Origin: an uncultured bacterium
GTDB taxonomy: Bacteria > Abyssobacteria > SURF-5
NCBI GenBank assembly: GCA_964607485.1
Contig: CAZSKP010000044.1
Coordinates: forward strand, 1 to 35,057
Length of the DNA: 35,057 nt
Direction: 5' to 3'
Part shown: positions 17,283 to 26,733 of the stretch, in pieces
How the letters are laid out: the number at the start of each line of letters is the position of its first letter
How positions within the stretch are numbered: position 1 is the first letter of the stretch
Position numbers and translations under genes: made by a program
Notes under the pieces: generated by a model
What the model was told of the DNA's origin: nothing
Database searches by the model: none
The model's input: the letters and a program-made list of their open reading frames with translations, nothing else

Positions 17283-18149
17283 TCATCCGAGACGTTCTTC
17301 CACGATCTTCCTCATGACGTTGACGGGAGCGCGCTGTCCCGTCCACAGTTCGAATTGGAGGACTGCCTGGTTCACGAACATTTCCATGCCGGGAATCGTC
17401 AAGCATCCGACCGCTTCGGCCTCCTTGAGCAGCCGCGTTTTGCGAGGGGTGTACACGATGTCGAACACCGCCTGCTCGCGACGGAGCAGTTTCTTGGGAA
17501 TGAGCGTGTCTTCCGTCTTGGGATGCATGCCGACGGGAGTGCAGTGGATGACGACGTCGGCGCCGCCGACGGCTTGCCGGAGGGATTTATCGTTCAGGTT
17601 CCCGCCGCTGACACAGGCTGGCGTCTTGTCCTTCAAGTCTCGCACGAGTTTTTCGAGTTCGTCGGGAATGACGCCCAGTATCGTTATCTCCGGCGGTCGC
17701 TCCGACATTGCCAGCGCGAACGTGACCGCCCTGGCCGCGCCGCCCGACCCGAGAACGAGCACCTGCCTGCCCGCGATCTCGACGCCATAGTCGTTCAACG
17801 CCTTCAATGCTCCCGGCCCGTCTGTGCTCGTTCCCCTGAGAACGCCGTCCTCTTTCACAACCGTGTTCACGGAGCCGATGTTTCGAGCGCCCTCGTCGAT
17901 TGTGTCGAGATGCTGCATGATGGAGACCTTGTGGGGAATCGTGACGCTGAGGCCCCGAAAATTCCCAAAAGCCCTGAGGCCCGCGACCGCGCCCGCGATG
18001 TCCTCCACCCGGAACGCGACGTACACATAGTTGAGCTCCAGCGCCTCGAAGGCGGCGTTGTGGATTGCGGGCGAAAGCGAATGTTCGACGGGATTTCCTA
18101 TGACGGCGCAGAGTTGCGTGGTCGCGTCGATTCTTTCCGGGCGTGCCAT
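17283..18149 (-). CDS. aroE: shikimate dehydrogenase
   Basis: GNPVEHSLSP..HN, SVTIPHK, SVNT, TDG, GSGGAARA, DIVY, GMEMFVNQA. Alternative start at 18164. Confidence 0.95.
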   Translation of the reverse strand: MARPERIDATTQLCAVIGNPVEHSLSPAIHNAAFEALELNYVYVAFRVEDIAGAVAGLRAFGNFRGLSVTIPHKVSIMQHLDTIDEGARNIGSVNTVVKEDGVLRGTSTDGPGALKALNDYGVEIAGRQVLVLGSGGAARAVTFALAMSERPPEITILGVIPDELEKLVRDLKDKTPACVSGGNLNDKSLRQAVGGADVVIHCTPVGMHPKTEDTLIPKKLLRREQAVFDIVYTPRKTRLLKEAEAVGCLTIPGMEMFVNQAVLQFELWTGQRAPVNVMRKIVEERLG

Positions 18150-18165
18150 CGGTCTTCCTTCCATT

Positions 18166-18798
18166 CTAGACGGTCAACAGCTTGTTCGTGATAAGATTGC
18201 ACATGGCCCAGACCACGTCGAGCGCGAAATGCTTGTCGGCGGAGCCGTCGAAAAGAATCTGCGCTCGTGGCGGGAACTCGTCGTCGGCGACCCACAGGAT
18301 GTATGCGATCTGGATTCGGGGCAGCACGAGGAATTCCAGCCCGGCGTCGCCGAAATCGATTGGAGCACCACCGATGAGCCTGCCCTTCTCGAGGAACGCG
18401 GCATCGTCGCGGCCGAACCTTTTCTCGACCTTCCAACTCGGCAGTGCGTGCGGTCCCTTGAAGAAGAAGCTGCCGTCGATCAACTGGTTCTCCGTCACGT
18501 ATTCGCATGCCATGGGCACTTCCATGGCCCGGATGAGATAGTGCACGGAAACAAGGACCGAGTTGAAACCCGGCGGGCCGTCGTTCTCGCTCGCCGGCCG
18601 GCTGACGCGCTTGACCTTCATCTTCTCGGGATAAATGAGCAGGTCGTCGTTCAGGACCTTCAGCTCGTATGCCTTTTCTCCCTCATCATATCGGGCGAGG
18701 CTGCGCCTGCACACCTCGGCCGGGTCCATTGCTCGCAGCTCTTTCCAGTAGATGCCGTCGATCTTGTCGTCCTGCTCGAAAAAGGTGTCTCCGTTCAT
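18166..18798 (-). CDS. DUF3786 family protein
   Basis: Motifs LPRI...LW.ADDEFP.RA.ILFD and FFKGPH. Start uncertain (18798, 18819 or 18852). Confidence 0.8.
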   Translation of the reverse strand: MNGDTFFEQDDKIDGIYWKELRAMDPAEVCRRSLARYDEGEKAYELKVLNDDLLIYPEKMKVKRVSRPASENDGPPGFNSVLVSVHYLIRAMEVPMACEYVTENQLIDGSFFFKGPHALPSWKVEKRFGRDDAAFLEKGRLIGGAPIDFGDAGLEFLVLPRIQIAYILWVADDEFPPRAQILFDGSADKHFALDVVWAMCNLITNKLLTV

Positions 18799-18855
18799 CT
18801 TGCTTCCCTGCGAATTCATCTGCGTGTTCGTTCCCTTGCATGAGGCCGGCATGTC

Positions 18856-19749
18856 TCAGCCGGCCTTGGATTTGGAGGGTCGTTTCGGAATCCTCCTCGA
18901 ACAGGGCACTCCCGCCTGGCACAGGCCGCAGCCGGTGGTGACGTCGATGTTGTACTTCTCGCGCAATCCCTCAATGCACTGGAAATACACGTATGTGCTG
19001 CACTTGGCCTTGTCGTGGCCCGACTCTGAAAGGGCTCCGGACGGGCATCGCTCGATGCAGTCGCCGCAGGTGCCGCTGTTGTAAAACAGGCAGTTTGCGC
19101 GATAGTCTTCGTAGATGCGGGGCGTCGGCTTCAGCTTCAGGTTGGTCACGACGCTGCCGCACCTGTGAGCGATTCCCTTGGGCGTAATCAACGCGTCGTT
19201 CAGGCTGAACGTGCCCAGGCCGGCGGCGTACATCGCATGGCGCTCCGACCACGAAGACGCGAACCCGACGCGCTCGTCCATGATCATTTGCCAGTAGCTT
19301 GAGTCCATCGGAGCTATCGCCAAGAAGCCTTCCGCTCTGAGCAGTCCCACGACGTGTTGCCGGAGCATCACGTTAAACTTCTCGCCGGTGTCGCGGGTGT
19401 GAGCCCAGCGGGGCGACGGAAACTTTTTCTGGCGGGCGTTGCTCTTTATCGTCTCTGCCGAGATGGGAAGTATCCAGCAGATTACGCTGATGCTTTCCAT
19501 GTTCCCGGTATAGTTCTCGTCTTTGGCGCATTGTTCGAGCAGGTCTCTGGGATGCCAGTGAAACGGCCCGACCACCTCCTTGTATTCGATGAAAATGGGG
19601 TCGTCGGCATTGGCGAAACCGACAAGCGGCTCATCGAAGATGCGACTGCCATCGAGCATCGTGAGGCGGTTGGCGTCGCTCTCGTTGACAAAGCGCTTGA
19701 TTTCTTCTTCGAGAAATTTTTCCTGTTGGTGAGACAACGAATACTTCAT
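18856..19749 (-). CDS. epoxyqueuosine reductase-like 2x[4Fe-4S] protein
   Basis: PLVGFA..DDPIF, WSERH.MYAAGLGTF, CGDCIERCP and CGLCQAGVPC. ATG 19749 with an AAGGA RBS. Confidence 0.82.
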   Translation of the reverse strand: MKYSLSHQQEKFLEEEIKRFVNESDANRLTMLDGSRIFDEPLVGFANADDPIFIEYKEVVGPFHWHPRDLLEQCAKDENYTGNMESISVICWILPISAETIKSNARQKKFPSPRWAHTRDTGEKFNVMLRQHVVGLLRAEGFLAIAPMDSSYWQMIMDERVGFASSWSERHAMYAAGLGTFSLNDALITPKGIAHRCGSVVTNLKLKPTPRIYEDYRANCLFYNSGTCGDCIERCPSGALSESGHDKAKCSTYVYFQCIEGLREKYNIDVTTGCGLCQAGVPCSRRIPKRPSKSKAG

Positions 19750-19902
19750 CTTGCTTTCCTTCAATATTGGGAGAACCGAAACAAGGGACATCGGAATACG
19801 ACACCACAAGTGTAACAAAAACTCCCGCCGTGTTGCAAACGGCCCGATACTTGCCAGGGCCGCGTCGAAGTGCATGGCCGAGGTCGTTGCATTCTTGCTC
19901 GG

Positions 19903-19931
19903 TTGACATGAAAGAGGCCATATTCTATGAT
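19903..19931 (+). promoter_or_regulatory. sigma70 promoter
   Basis: TTGACA (19903-19908), 17 nt, TATGAT (19926-19931). Confidence 0.65.
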
Positions 19932-19991
19932 TATCCTCACGTCGCAGGCTGATTATCGGACGGATTCACAAAGTGAGAATTTGAGAGGAAG

Positions 19992-22067
19992 ATGAAGACC
20001 GCCGAGCAGTTTACCCCTTTCTTTCGTGACGCAAAGGCCTGGGCGGTCCTCTGCGTCTTTGCGCTGTTCGCCTTTGCTCTGTTATTCTTTTCCCGCTTCG
20101 ACATGAGGTTTCATCAGCCCGCATATATGGCCGACAGCGGCCTCTATTATCCCATACTGCTTACCTCTCATGGCGAGCGCCCTTACGCAGACTTCGACCT
20201 GAGATATACGCCGGGACTTTTTTACCTCAATGCGCTCCTGTTCGACGTGTTCGGCGTCCGAATGTCGGTCGTCCGGTGGGGGATAGCGGTGTTCTGGCTC
20301 TTCGACCTCATCGGGCTCCACTTGGTCGCTCGCTTCATCATGCCGAGAAAGTTTGCGTTGATAGCTCCAGCGATGGCGCTCTTGTGGGGCCCGCTCAATC
20401 GCTGGGCTCCATGGGCAAGCTGGTATTCGGTACCGCCCGCGATTTTTTCGTTGTTCTTCACGCTTAAGTATGCCGAGCGCGGCAGGACGGCCGACCTTTT
20501 GCTCGCTGGAATCGCGGGTGGGGTGACTTTTTTCTTCAAGCAGTCTACGGGAGCGCTGGCGATGGTTTCCCTTGTCGTTGTGTACGTTGTCGCTTCCGGC
20601 TTGCACGGGTCCGACTCGGCGGGAAAATCGAAGCTGGTCCTCTCACTGAGAATTCTCGGCGTGATCTTCGGGTGCTTCCTGTTTCCGCAGGTAATGATGA
20701 GGCATAATATTCGGTCGAACCATATAGCTTTTCATTTGCTCCCGTTGGGAACTCTTGGGTTGTTATTGATTGCGATCATTATTCGCACTTTCAGGGAGCA
20801 GGGGGGCGGGACCGGAAACAGTGCTTGTTTTCGAAACTTCATCGTGCCGCCCGCCTTGGCAGCAGCGGCCTTCCTGATAGTTACCGCCCTGTGGTTTCCT
20901 GTGGCGTCGGAAGGCTTCGGGGCGGTGAGGTTGATGAAATATCTCCTCATGTTCGAGAAGCCCCTGTTCGTCTATGTAGGCGCAAGGCTGAGGCTCACGC
21001 CGACCGGCTTATTCGAGACACTCGCTCCCGCAGCTTTCTACTTAGGCCTGAGCCTGTTGGGCGCAATTTTCTTTTTGAAGTCGAAGGTGTGGGTGCGGAT
21101 GGGACTGGCATTGGCGCTGGTTGCCGCCGGGGTTACGGTCGCACTCGTTCGTCCCGACGTGATGGACAATATGTTTTCACGGGTTGCGCTCACGTCGGCG
21201 GGCATGGTTCTTACGCTCCACTTTGTCGCATTGATTTACCTGATTGCGAAGACGCTCCTTCGCGCCGACGGCGCCGACTCCGTTCGTAAGGTCATGCCGC
21301 TTCTCACGGTGTTGATCTTCAGCAACTTCTTCTTCCTGCAATTGTTTCCCTTTAATTCCTTCATTCATTTGCGCTGGGCGATAAATCCGTGGTTTGTACT
21401 CACGGCATGGCTTGCATACGGGTTCTATGGATGGATGCAAAGGGCAGACGCGGACAAGGCGCGGAGTGCTCTTGTGAAAGGATTGCGCTACGCAGTGGCG
21501 GTGGTTCCGATCGCGCTTTATTTCGGGCTGACCATTCTGTTCAACCTCGCAACGGGATTCTTTACCTTCACCGTCCCTGCAAGGCCGGTCGAAGCAGGCG
21601 GGGAACTTTCCAGCGCGTGGGACAAGATTCGCGCGCTCGCGCACGTTGAGATTCATCCGAAACAGTTAGTGCGGCCCGATCTGAAACGCGTGGACGTGCG
21701 CATCCCGGTGGAACTCGCGCAGGAGATGCAGATACTCGTGAAATATCTGAGGGAACACACCGGCCCGGACGATATGGTGTTCGGACCAAGTTTGAACTTC
21801 ATCAATTTCGCAGCGGACATTCCATCGCCGTTGAAGGAGAATCATTTTTTCCTTGGCTGGGTGGGCCCGCGGGACGAGATTGAAATATGCCAGCTCATCG
21901 ATGTTTCCAGGCCGAAGTACGTCATCTTCTTCGATTCCGGAGACCCCGCCGACGCGTTCGGTCTCAGGAGATTCGTAATCGACTTTCCGAATCTCGCGAC
22001 GTACCTGGATACACGCTATGCGTTTGACGTCAAGATAGGCCCGTTCACGGTAGCGCGCAGAATGTGA
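19992..22067 (+). CDS. polytopic membrane protein, GT-C (ArnT/GT39-like) glycosyltransferase-like
   Basis: DSG after TM1, GERPYADF...YTPG..YLNALLF..FG, FKQSTG. Many TMs; periplasmic C-terminal domain (YLREHTGPDD...PKYVI). Confidence 0.65.
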   Translation: MKTAEQFTPFFRDAKAWAVLCVFALFAFALLFFSRFDMRFHQPAYMADSGLYYPILLTSHGERPYADFDLRYTPGLFYLNALLFDVFGVRMSVVRWGIAVFWLFDLIGLHLVARFIMPRKFALIAPAMALLWGPLNRWAPWASWYSVPPAIFSLFFTLKYAERGRTADLLLAGIAGGVTFFFKQSTGALAMVSLVVVYVVASGLHGSDSAGKSKLVLSLRILGVIFGCFLFPQVMMRHNIRSNHIAFHLLPLGTLGLLLIAIIIRTFREQGGGTGNSACFRNFIVPPALAAAAFLIVTALWFPVASEGFGAVRLMKYLLMFEKPLFVYVGARLRLTPTGLFETLAPAAFYLGLSLLGAIFFLKSKVWVRMGLALALVAAGVTVALVRPDVMDNMFSRVALTSAGMVLTLHFVALIYLIAKTLLRADGADSVRKVMPLLTVLIFSNFFFLQLFPFNSFIHLRWAINPWFVLTAWLAYGFYGWMQRADADKARSALVKGLRYAVAVVPIALYFGLTILFNLATGFFTFTVPARPVEAGGELSSAWDKIRALAHVEIHPKQLVRPDLKRVDVRIPVELAQEMQILVKYLREHTGPDDMVFGPSLNFINFAADIPSPLKENHFFLGWVGPRDEIEICQLIDVSRPKYVIFFDSGDPADAFGLRRFVIDFPNLATYLDTRYAFDVKIGPFTVARRM

Positions 22068-22095
22068 GCCTTATTCTGTGCGTCCTGAACATTCC

Positions 22096-23064
22096 TCACG
22101 CCCACCACATGCCGCCAGGCAACTCTTCGGTGAAAAGAACATCTTGCAGAAATTTGATTGCCTTCTTCAGACCCTCGTCGGGCGAGGCGAGGATATCTTC
22201 GTGCTCGATGCTGAGCACGTAATCGTAGCCGACAGTCCGCAAAGCGCTGACGATCTCCTTCCATGTCATGTAGTCGTGCCCGTAGCCGATGGTGCGAAAC
22301 GTCCACGAGCGCTGTGCCACCTGCCCGTAGTGTTTCGTGTCGAGCACGCCGTTTTGTGAACAATTGATCGGGTCGATGTAGGTGTCTTTCGCGTGAACGT
22401 GATAGATCATGCCCGCCAGCTTGCGGATGGCGGCGACCGGCTCGATCCTCTGCCAGAACAGGTGGCTGGGGTCGAAGTTGGCGCCGATGCTTTCTCCGAC
22501 CGCCTCTCTGAGCTTCAGAAGCGTTTCCGGATTGTACACGACCATTCCCGGATGCATCTCGAGAGCGATCTTCGTTAGCCCGCGCGATTGCGCGAACTTG
22601 ACCTCCTCCTTCCAGTAGGGTATGACTTTCTCGTTCCACTGCCATTCGAGGACGTCCAGAAAGTCCTGCGGCCATGCGCATGTCACCCAGTTCGGGTTTT
22701 TCGAACCTTCCGAATCTCCCGGACAGCCCGAGAAAAAGTTGACAACCTCCACACCGAGTTTCTCGGCAAGTTGAACCGTCTTTCGCCATGTCACATGGTT
22801 GCTCTTCGCAAATTCGGCGTCGGGATGCAGGGGATTGCCCTGACAGCTCAGGGCGCTTATCTGAATTTTTCGCTCAGCGAATTTATCATGGTATTCCTTG
22901 AGCTTCTTCTCGTTGGCGAGCAGCTCGTCGATGTCGCAGTGGGCGTTGCCGGGATAATTGCCTGTACCGATTTCGACCATCTCGACACCCAGTTCGGCCA
23001 GTTTGTCCAACATTTCGTCAACTGAAAGGCTGAAGAATAGGGGGGTAAACACTCCGATTTTCAT
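22096..23064 (-). CDS. sugar phosphate isomerase/epimerase (xylose-isomerase-like TIM barrel)
   Basis: Metal-ligand pattern EMHP, NFDPSHL, HVHAKD, SIEHED. RBS GGAGG. Confidence 0.9.
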   Translation of the reverse strand: MKIGVFTPLFFSLSVDEMLDKLAELGVEMVEIGTGNYPGNAHCDIDELLANEKKLKEYHDKFAERKIQISALSCQGNPLHPDAEFAKSNHVTWRKTVQLAEKLGVEVVNFFSGCPGDSEGSKNPNWVTCAWPQDFLDVLEWQWNEKVIPYWKEEVKFAQSRGLTKIALEMHPGMVVYNPETLLKLREAVGESIGANFDPSHLFWQRIEPVAAIRKLAGMIYHVHAKDTYIDPINCSQNGVLDTKHYGQVAQRSWTFRTIGYGHDYMTWKEIVSALRTVGYDYVLSIEHEDILASPDEGLKKAIKFLQDVLFTEELPGGMWWA

Positions 23065-23169
23065 GTTGCCTCCTTTTCTTTCCCGTTGCGCGCTCGTTCG
23101 GGTGTTGGTGAAATCTCTAATCGATACATCGGCAATGAGTCGGCGCCAAACCGCCAGCCATGCCTTTCC

Positions 23170-24327
23170 CTATTTCATATTCGTCTTTACCCAGCGCCTC
23201 TGACGGTTGCTGATGAGCATTTTGTCGACCACAACGGAAGCTCGGTAACCGTCCTCGAACGTGGCGAAGTCGGCGGGATCTCGGCCGGGCTTCTTGCCGT
23301 CGGCAATATATTGGTACACGTCGACGATGAAACTCTTGATTCCGTCCGCCCAGGCCTCCCCATATCCGGCGCGGTACGGCTCGCGGCGGTGCGCCTCTTT
23401 CTTGGGCGGCGCGGGTTTCTTTCCTACTATTTCGTTCGGACGGTCGCGGCGTCCCACCCAGAGTGTGTCGGGCTGCTCCTGGTCCCATGCGGCGGATTTT
23501 GCGGAGCCGTCTATCTGGAAAAACAGGCGGTTCTTCCGACCCGCGCTCACATGGGACACGGTGAGGGCTCCCCGCGTTTCGCTCCCGAATTGAAGTAGAA
23601 CGGAGCCGTAATCCTCAGTGGCCACGCGAATTTGAACGTGATGTGGCTTGGCCGCGCGGCCGAAGGTTCCCACGGTCGTGACGCTCTTTTTCCGAACCGG
23701 AATGAATGTGTGCAGGTCGGCGTTAACCTGTGTGATCTTCAGCCCGGTGACGAATTGCACGAGGTCGCACCAGTGCGATCCGATGTCGGCCAACGCACGC
23801 GAAGGTCCGCCCAGGGAGGTATCGACGCGCCAGTCGTAGTCGGTTTCATACAGAAACGAGTCCTGGAGATAGCTGCCATGGACCGAATAGATGCTGCCCA
23901 ACTCATTGTTGCGAACCATCGCTCTGAGGCGCTCCACCATCGGATAGTGGCGGTAGTTGAACATCGCCGCGTGCACGACGCCGCTTCGCCTGGCGGCATT
24001 GAGCACCAGCTTGGCTTCGCGAGAATCCACTGCCAGCGGCGTTTCGGAGATGACATGCTTTCCCGCCGCCATTATGGCGCGATTTACCGGAAAATGAAGG
24101 TTGTTGGGAGTGCAGTTGTGTATGACCTGCACGTCGGGGTCCCTTATGACGTCCGTGTAATTGTTGTAAACGCGCCCGATACCCAACTCAGAGGCCTTCT
24201 CACTGGCCGCCTCCCCTGAAGGGTCGGCGATTGCTATTACCTCGCCCATGCCGCTCCGGCGAATACCTTCGACGTGAACAGGACCCACGAAGCCCGCTCC
24301 AACCACGCCTGCTCTAATCTGTTTCAC
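23170..24327 (-). CDS. Gfo/Idh/MocA family NAD(P)-dependent oxidoreductase
   Basis: GAGFVG Rossmann motif, CTPNNLH, DIGSHW, ATFEDG. The usual EKP motif reads ETP. Confidence 0.9.
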   Translation of the reverse strand: MKQIRAGVVGAGFVGPVHVEGIRRSGMGEVIAIADPSGEAASEKASELGIGRVYNNYTDVIRDPDVQVIHNCTPNNLHFPVNRAIMAAGKHVISETPLAVDSREAKLVLNAARRSGVVHAAMFNYRHYPMVERLRAMVRNNELGSIYSVHGSYLQDSFLYETDYDWRVDTSLGGPSRALADIGSHWCDLVQFVTGLKITQVNADLHTFIPVRKKSVTTVGTFGRAAKPHHVQIRVATEDYGSVLLQFGSETRGALTVSHVSAGRKNRLFFQIDGSAKSAAWDQEQPDTLWVGRRDRPNEIVGKKPAPPKKEAHRREPYRAGYGEAWADGIKSFIVDVYQYIADGKKPGRDPADFATFEDGYRASVVVDKMLISNRQRRWVKTNMK

Positions 24328-24579
24328 TTCTATCCTCCGAGGCGGTCACGCGAGAAACGCTCCACCCGTTCTGCTGGGATCGCTGTGTCGCCGAGACGAC
24401 AAAGTTGATACAAGACTCGACCACTTTCTGTCGAGAGGGACACTCTCTCCTATACTATGCCATAGCCTGTCCAAACCGCAATCGTTTCTCAAGGCTGCGC
24501 CCGCCGACGAAAGCCGGGCGAATCCTAAAGAATCTTCTTCCATGGCCGAAGGCATATGAGTCGGCTCATGGCTGAAATC

Positions 24580-25389
24580 CTAATTCCGAGGTACGTCCTC
24601 GGTCTTAAGAATCTTTATGTTTTCTGGGGGTGAAAAGTCGAACGCCTTGGCCGGGAACTTGGCATCGAGCTGAAAGTCGTCTATCCGCAGCAACATCGAC
24701 GTGCGCAAACGCGGGAGATTGATCTCTATTTCGTCGGGAATAGTTGCTTCCCCATCGGAGGCATGCCCTTCGTACGCGATGTCGGCCTCGAGCGTTCCGT
24801 CTGCGCCGACGAACATCTGGCGCGTCGCAAGGCCTGTTTCCGGGTCCATCCATATCTCCCTGTATGCCCCGGTCTCTTCCATGAACACCAGCCTGAGTGA
24901 GTCGGCCTCGGAATCGAGGTGTGCAGGCAGGGAGAATAACGTGTCGAAATCCGAAACCACGACGATGGCCGCCACGATGGCGTCGGCGGAAACGACGATG
25001 CTCTCGTTTCCGTCGTAGATTGCCTGACAATCCTTGCTCAGATAGGCGGTCTTTTCCGGCGGCACGAACAGCCAACACGTTTGTCCGTTTGAAACGAGCT
25101 CGAACAGTGTCGGCGCAAGCGGCCTATATGCCCGCACACGCACTCTGTCGGGTCTCTGCAGCATCAGAGCAAACGACGCCGGTCTCCAGCGTTCTTCCTC
25201 GAATAGCTTTATCTGCAGATGGCCGCCGGCCTTCACGGAGTTTGCCTTCCCATAGTTCCGGAGCAACAGCGATTCTGCGTCTTCGATTGTCTCAACACGC
25301 GTCGGCAAGGGCGCTTCTGGAGGACGCACGAGTCGTTTTCGCGCGACGCAGCCCACGTGAAGGAATGCCACCAGCAGAAAAGCCGCCAT
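24580..25389 (-). CDS. putative lipoprotein, LolA/LolB-like fold (DUF4292-like)
   Basis: Hydrophobic leader ending HVGC; RPDRVRVR, W.DPETG and C-terminal F.F.PP pattern of the LolA/LolB superfamily. Start uncertain. Confidence 0.6.
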   Translation of the reverse strand: MAAFLLVAFLHVGCVARKRLVRPPEAPLPTRVETIEDAESLLLRNYGKANSVKAGGHLQIKLFEEERWRPASFALMLQRPDRVRVRAYRPLAPTLFELVSNGQTCWLFVPPEKTAYLSKDCQAIYDGNESIVVSADAIVAAIVVVSDFDTLFSLPAHLDSEADSLRLVFMEETGAYREIWMDPETGLATRQMFVGADGTLEADIAYEGHASDGEATIPDEIEINLPRLRTSMLLRIDDFQLDAKFPAKAFDFSPPENIKILKTEDVPRN

Positions 25390-25451
25390 GGCGTAATTGC
25401 GAAGCCTAGAAACGATCGTCCTCTTCCTCCATGGACTTGTCCGTCCACTGC

Positions 25452-26615
25452 TCAGGTTCTGTTCCCCCGGTCGGCGCCGTCGGAGGCGACACACTCAAAA
25501 AATCTCGGGACGATGTCGAATGCCTCGAGGTACGCTTCTGAAACACTGTTCTGCAATGCATCAATCGAGGAACGCCGGAGAAGGCTGATCGTGGACCCGC
25601 CGAATCCGGCGCCGGTTAGTCTGGAGCCCAGCACACCTTCGACTTCTCTCGCGGCATTCACCAGGAGGTCGAGCTGAGGACAACTCACCTCATAGTCGTC
25701 CCTGAGACTGTCGTGGGAAAGGTTCATCAGTTCGCCCAGCCGTTCGACGTCGTCGTTGTGCATGGCCTCGATTGCGGCCAGCACTCTCGCATTCTCAGTC
25801 ACCACGTGCCGGCACCGTCGGAATATCGGCTCGGGCATCGCTTGAGCACACTCCTCCAGTTGCGACAAAGCGACATCGCGGAGCGCGGTGATGCCGTGAA
25901 ATCGTCGTGAAAGTATTTCGACGCCTTGCTCGCATTCGGTTCTTCGACGGTTATACTCGGAGGTCGCGAGGCCTCGCTCGACCCGCGAATCGCATGCAAC
26001 CAGAACGTACTCCCCGAGCGAGAACGGCACATATCTGTGTTCGAGGGTGCGGCAGTCCAGGAACAGGGCATTCCCGGCCAACCCGAGGGCCGACACGAAC
26101 TGGTCCATTATTCCGCATCGCGTGCCGACGAATTCGTGTTCGGCTCTCTGACAAAGGAGCGCCACGTCTTCGGGCGGCATCGAGAACCGAAAAAGTTTTT
26201 GGAGCAGGTAGCAGACGACGACCTCCATTGCGGCCGAACTGCTCACACCCGCTCCTATGGGGAGGTTGCTGAGGAAATATGCGTTGAAGCCCGCGATCGG
26301 TTGCCGCATGACGCGGAGTCTGGCCGCTATTCCCTTCGCGTAGTCGGCCCAGTCGCCGGAAGACTTCAGGGCGTTTATGTCGAAGACCGCCTCGCCTTTC
26401 AGGTTGCCCGAACACAGCGTGACGATGTCGCTTCCGCTGGCGGCGGCCGCGGCATAGATTCGCCTGTCGATTGCGAACGGCAGCACATAGCCGTCGTTGT
26501 AATCTGTGTGTTCTCCGATGAGATTCACTCGGCCCGGCGCCCAGGCCGTGACCTCGGGCTTGCTTCCGAACCTTTCGTGGAATCGTCTTATCAGCAGGGT
26601 TTCAATCTCTTCCAT
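25452..26615 (-). CDS. galK: galactokinase
   Basis: APGRVNLIGEHTDYN, GAGVSSSAA, CGIMDQF, SLRDDYEVSC, GSRLTGAGFGG. Confidence 0.97.
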   Translation of the reverse strand: MEEIETLLIRRFHERFGSKPEVTAWAPGRVNLIGEHTDYNDGYVLPFAIDRRIYAAAAASGSDIVTLCSGNLKGEAVFDINALKSSGDWADYAKGIAARLRVMRQPIAGFNAYFLSNLPIGAGVSSSAAMEVVVCYLLQKLFRFSMPPEDVALLCQRAEHEFVGTRCGIMDQFVSALGLAGNALFLDCRTLEHRYVPFSLGEYVLVACDSRVERGLATSEYNRRRTECEQGVEILSRRFHGITALRDVALSQLEECAQAMPEPIFRRCRHVVTENARVLAAIEAMHNDDVERLGELMNLSHDSLRDDYEVSCPQLDLLVNAAREVEGVLGSRLTGAGFGGSTISLLRRSSIDALQNSVSEAYLEAFDIVPRFFECVASDGADRGNRT

Positions 26616-26733
26616 GGTTTTGTGCGCGGTCGGCGACTGCGTCGTTCAAAAAAAGCAGGTGCGCCATTCTCAGTGTGCCAGCGCACCCGACGACTCCATA
26701 TTTCAGCTCACGCGATGGCAGCGATCCGGCCGG

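Noticed and set aside
19750-19875. N-terminal extension of the QueG-like ORF
   Set aside because: A better RBS precedes ATG 19749, and the extension runs into the divergent promoter region.
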